From: the human T2T-CHM13v2.0 reference genome, Homo sapiens
Assembly (NCBI RefSeq): GCF_009914755.1
Contig: NC_060929.1
Reading direction: 5' to 3' (one strand)
Length of the DNA: 64,000 bases
Below are positions 58,135 to 64,000 of this stretch, piece by piece (position 1 is the stretch's first letter; every line of letters begins with the position of its first letter). A program made the position numbers and the translations under genes. The notes under the pieces are model-generated. The model made no database searches, had not been told where the DNA came from, and was given only the letters and a program-made list of their open reading frames with translations.

Positions 58135-58323
58135 CAGAATAGACAGTAGACACTGGAGACTCCAGTAGGCTGGGGAGTGGTTAGGGATGAAATACTATCT
58201 ATTGGATAGGGTCCAATGTACACTGTTCAGGTGATGGGTACACTCAAAGCCCAGACTTCACCACTATGCAGTATGTCCATGTAACCATTGTGCTTGTACC
58301 CCAAGTCTATAAAAGTGAGAAAT
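58135..58323 (+). mobile_element. Short L1PB-type 3' end
   Basis: TAGACACTGGAGACTC...GGTGATGGGTACACTCAAAGCCCAGACTTCACCACTATGCA; TSD AAAATGTATATTTC at 58119-58132 and 58324-58337. Confidence 0.88.
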
Positions 58324-58830
<507 letters not shown>

Positions 58831-59739
58831 TTAAGAGAGATCAGAGTAAACCATACACCCAAGCTCAATAAGAAATTATCAACTATTAACTTAGAAAATG
58901 TCTTATATCTTGATTTGAAGTATATACATTTATTATTTCCTATACCAGATATACTGATAATTTTCAGTCCTACTGATAATTAAAGGAAATTATGATTGTC
59001 TTATATATATAGCATAATAATCACTTACTTTACAATATATAATTTGCCACCCACACATTACCATTTTATCTGGCCATTGAACTACAGGTAATGATCCTTT
59101 ATGAATCAAGCCCCCAACCTGGAGATTTTCTATCTCATGTTCCTTTGGACCCTTGCAAAAGCAATATAGAATGCCTGCAGTGTAAAATTAGGCCTAAACT
59201 TAATTATCTTGCAGCCTATTTCCTGAGTTTAATTAACTTTTCTGAGTGGTTTCCACTGCAATGAGGACTAGACCCATTTTGTATTATTTAGTGTCATAAT
59301 TTTCTCTTCTCCCTTAGTTCCAAGGACACCACAAGCTCCCTCCAGTCCTAATAGCCATGGCAAATGCAGAGATATGAGAACTGAAAAACAGCTATAACCA
59401 AAATTAAGAATGTGCTGCTGTGCATACTAATATAGGGTCGGAAATACTGTGAGTTGCTATCTAATTCCTGCTAGCCTCTAAATGAACTGACTTTAAATAT
59501 TTTATTACCTTGTTAAGTAAACTCAGATTATAGATTCGAGTCCGTGTCATTATAGATCAGGCTGTTAAAGGAATATGAATTCAGCCCAGGCCAGCAGCTT
59601 TTCATATGCTAGAATATGACACACAGTTTGTAGTTTAAAGTGTCTTCCTTCTCCATACTTAGCATACAGCTACTCTAAGAAGACTAGATGCAGCAAGATA
59701 ACCTGCCTCTAGAAAGCGTCTGAACCTCTTCCCCACAGT

Positions 59740-59845
59740 AGTGGAGTGAATGTGGCCTTTGGAGCCCAGCAGATTGAAATCAATCCAGGTTTCAGACAAA
59801 GGTAACTGCCCCATTGAGGGGTTGTGATGATTAAATAAGATAACC
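59740..59845 (+). mobile_element. MIR fragment
   Basis: CTTTGGAGCCCAGCAGA...GGGTTGTGATGATTAAATAAGATAA. Confidence 0.55.
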
Positions 59846-60004
59846 GATCACCTCCCTTGCCTTTCCCTTTCCCAATATAAAATGTTTTAGGGAACAAAAC
59901 AGTTATTTCCAGGGAAAAGTGTTGCTTGGCTTTCAACATACCAGTGTGTTTTGTGAATGGCTGAGAGGGCATGTGAGCAGGAAAACAGACATAAAGAAGG
60001 AGGG

Positions 60005-60260
<256 letters not shown>

Positions 60261-63200
60261 GAGGAGGAGACCTTCTGCTGAGACAGGTAACAATGAAATA
60301 AAATAGAGAAAAGTTTGTGAAGAATGTTGTTTGTAAGAAAAAATAGAAAAGGCCATGGAGGGAAGATGGAAGAGAAAGAATATAAAGCATTCAGGACATA
60401 CAAAGCAAGAACAAGCCACAGCTTCTAAGACAGTCTATGATAGAAAACAAGAACTCTGAGAAAACCGAAGTGCTCTCAGGTCACCTTCTAACCTCCAGGT
60501 CCTGCCTCCACTTTTATCCATGGCTTTGGTGCTATTCAAGCACAGAACCTGGCTTTATACCAGGTGGACAGGGTGCTGATGAAGATTGGTACTGGGAGAT
60601 GCTGTAAACATTCTGATACCACCAGGTGCCTCATGCCTGTCTCGTCACTCATTCACACTGCTGGTCCAGTCATATGGCTGAGATTTTTCTTGCTTTAAAG
60701 CAAAATTCTCATCCTTAGTTCTTTAATGGGGAAGGTAGAGGATGAGGGATGATCTCACCACTGTCCCTGGTCAGAGGGACATTTTGACTGGCTTCATCCA
60801 CTCCCTCTTTAGTCCCCCACCTTAGCTAGCCAGGGACATTTTCTCTACCATGCCAACATCTGTCTTTGAGCCGTCCAGGATCCTATTTCCCACCCAGGTA
60901 TAAAGGCAGATAGAATGAGAGGTGCTTACAATTGTGCTGAGCCATGGAAAGGGGCATCTCCACTCCAGGAAGATCAGCTGGGGGCACAGATTGATGCCAG
61001 CACTGGTGGACAGGCTGCTGTCCACATGAGGTCCTCTCCCAAGAGCAAAGAGAAGAATGTAGATCTTTGGCTCAGGTTACGTGTGATGCCACAGCTTTAG
61101 CTGACACCAATGATAATGGCTGATACTTGCAGTGTTCTTCCCTAGGCTTACCAAGATGGTTGTCCAGACTCAAACACAAGCAACTCCGGAAATATTCTGT
61201 TCTGTATTAAGTGTCCCATTACTGAGGATGTCAGGATTGAACCACCCAATCCTTATATAACTAGGGCAGTGACATGTACTGAGGTCCTGGCATTTTTGTT
61301 GCTACTGTTACTGCACTCACATCATCTCTAGACTTGGAAAAATTCCCCTCCACACATTCATCTTCTTGCTTTCATTCAGAATTCTCAAAGCTACCTTGTT
61401 TACAGAAATAATTCTCAAGAATTAGCCCAATATTTGATTCTATTTTTCAAAAACAAAAAATAGACTCCTGCATAATAGAGAATTTATATTTCTCTCATAT
61501 TTAGTCCATAGTCTTGGCCATCGTAGGCCCTTACAATCCATGTACTGGCCCTTATTTTAAATTAAAATTTTTAAGACTTAGCCCTGAGATTATACTGAGC
61601 CATAATGGACTTTGTACCTGAACATCTTCTGCCTAGGTCTCTCCCCAGCCGCCCACACACTCTACGGCACAGGCCTTAAATCATCCCTACACACCCTGCT
61701 CTTGTACCGGCCAACATCATCCACTGTCTAAATGCAGCTAGCAGCTGTTTATTTACAATTAGATCTGCCAGCTGGAAAGCAAACGTTCTACGTTACCGAA
61801 TCAATCAATGTTCCAGGGAGTGGGGGGAAAAGAAGTCAGGTACAGCATGAAATGGAAGACAGAAACATTACGTTATATTGCAGCTGTCCTTGTCCAATGC
61901 CATTAGACATTCTCAGCACTAAGAATTAATATAACTACAGCCTATGATCAGCTGTCTTCTAGTCACAGATTTGACATCTAAGAAATACAACTTACTAGAG
62001 GTAAGGATTTGGGTTTTAGAAGGCCAGAGCCTGATGACATGAACAATCCTGTCCCAAGGGATGGTTCTCTGTAATAGAATCAGGTTTTCCACCCAACACT
62101 ATGTTTCTCATTTTTTTTTCCAAGTAGTGAATTCAAGTAGTGATTAGAGCTGAATCATACATACTGATACTTCAAAATGATATATTACCGTGTACATGTT
62201 ACTTGGGGGTATTCCCTATGTATTTGGGTGCACTCTCTCATTTTGGAAATATCAAATGATTCAATCCTCATAAAGTGGCCCTTTACAAGTAATACTTCAG
62301 TTTTTATTGACTTATATATTTACTGGTGTTCTTGACCCTGATTTCACTGTTCATTCATATAGCACAAGTTAAAACATGTTTGCCTGATTTGTTCCTCAAA
62401 TTAGTAAAGCAAAGGAGAGTAACAATTTAGTAGGAATACAGCAGCAAAAGTCTAATGGTGTGGTTTGGGCTTAGAAACTAATGCTCAAATTGGTGAGGCT
62501 TTTTGTCAGATCTGTTTGAGTTTTGTTCTCATTTTTGTTTTTTTGGTGGTGATCAATGGGAGTTATAATGGAGAAGCATGACTAGTTATAAAATCGGAGA
62601 GTCACTAACCATGAGATTCTAGTATATAACCTAATATTTTTGGCCCATGAAAATTCCATATGAATGCATTCATACTTGTCAATGTCCTCTAAAACTCCCT
62701 GCAGTTTGATTGAGTAGCCTTTCAAAGAAACTCTAGAAATGTCCTTCTCTTGCCCTGGTATGCTATGAATTTGAAAGTCTCCACTGTGTGTGCTGGCTCC
62801 TAATAGGCAACACTATTGCACTATTGTGCAAATGCAGAAACATCTGCTGCAGCCGCTAATGGCTTATTGAAAATGTCTAGCCAATCCTGCAGCAGACCCC
62901 CTGCCCCCATTAGAAAATATGCTGGCAGTCAACAGAAACACAGTAAAACTTGGAGAGCTTCAGGAAGCAGGAAAAGACAGTGAAGGGCTTTGGGAAAATA
63001 AATAAAACCCTCTCAGCCACGTTGTAGGATTGGCCATTTGTGGTTGCAGAGCCTTCATTAAAAGGTTTCCATTTTCTATACCCAGTTGTTTCCCCATAAC
63101 CTTACAGGTTCAGACCCTACCCTTTCACCACCTAACTACCTCAACCTCAAGAGGAATAATCCACTTTTATACTACCTGTTCACCTCACTATTCAAAGCAG

Positions 63201-64000
63201 CCTTATAAATACTCAGTTTCCCAGAGTACATGGGAGAGGATATGTTTTAAAATTACAAGCAAATGCTGGGAAATAGTTAAGTTGGTGCTGAGAGTAGGCA
63301 AACTCAGAGACGGGCCGGACTGAAAGGCAGGCAATCAGACCATTCATTGCAGGACCTCCACAGGCACAAGGGGATAAGGTCCCAAGCTAAATTAAGGTCA
63401 ATAAAAATTGGAAGACTGTTCCCAGGGGTGGGAGACTGTGTTGAAAACAGAGTGCTAAGTGTGGGGCAGTTATTTGCTTCGGGTTCCTTGGGAAAAACAA
63501 ACATTGTGGACCGTGCGATGATGCCTTTTCCTTTCTCACAACAGCTCACTGAGTACAAATCAATTGGATATGACCTACTCGAAGTCATTGTGTTATTATA
63601 GCTTTTCATTCCTTTTGTTTTACTCCTGGAAGATCCCTCCTTTCTCCTTCACCTTATGTTCTCATTCCCATCCCTCATGGCATTCAAGTAACATCATATT
63701 GGTTTCGATTATTTGATTGAATGCAACATAAATGAGTTCTAACTTTACCAAAAAAAAAGAAAAAAAAAGAGAGAGAGAGAAAAAAAGAAGAAAAAAACAG
63801 GCAGCGGAAATGGAGAAATAGATTAACTGGAAAGGCAAGATGAGTAGCCAGGTATAAGGAAAGATGAAAACCAGGGTAACACTAGAGAAATGATGGACAG
63901 CCTCTTCAAAATCACCAAAAGGATGAGTCAAATCCAACCATTTGGAGTCTTGTTGATGTTATTCTGCTCAGGATTCAAATTCCTAGGTGGGGTTATGTGC

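Noticed and set aside
63515-63555. GATGATG...CTGA, considered as a C/D-box snoRNA
   Set aside because: Box C is imperfect, the spacing is too short and there is no terminal stem.
63750-63800. Purine-rich A/GA tract
   Set aside because: Low-complexity simple repeat; no supported splice site or retrocopy is attached.

Overview
Primate (catarrhine-type, because AluY is present) genomic DNA. It is AT-rich and CpG-depleted, and I can recognise no protein-coding gene, RNA gene or CpG island. Roughly half of the window is interspersed repeat: many L1 copies of different ages, Alus (FLAM/FRAM, AluJ, AluS, AluY), MIR and L2 relics, solo LTRs (THE1D/MSTA, LTR22, MER4A, MLT1) and hAT DNA-transposon fossils (a ~3 kb Blackjack-type element, MER20, MER30, MER58, MER91, MER94, MER102, MER112, MER5). 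The ORFs that resemble a known protein are broken L1 ORF1/ORF2 pieces; the rest look like chance ORFs. I found no convincing novel biological system. The most informative signals are structural: a 164-bp local templated copy of one specific L1MA copy, a TSD-less and apparently chimeric L1PA joining two different truncated transposons, a twin-primed inverted L1, nested insertions, two candidate minus-strand exons and a few motif-dense non-repeat islands. Repeat subfamily names come from recalled consensus sequences and need RepeatMasker/Dfam confirmation. Boundaries of old repeats are approximate.
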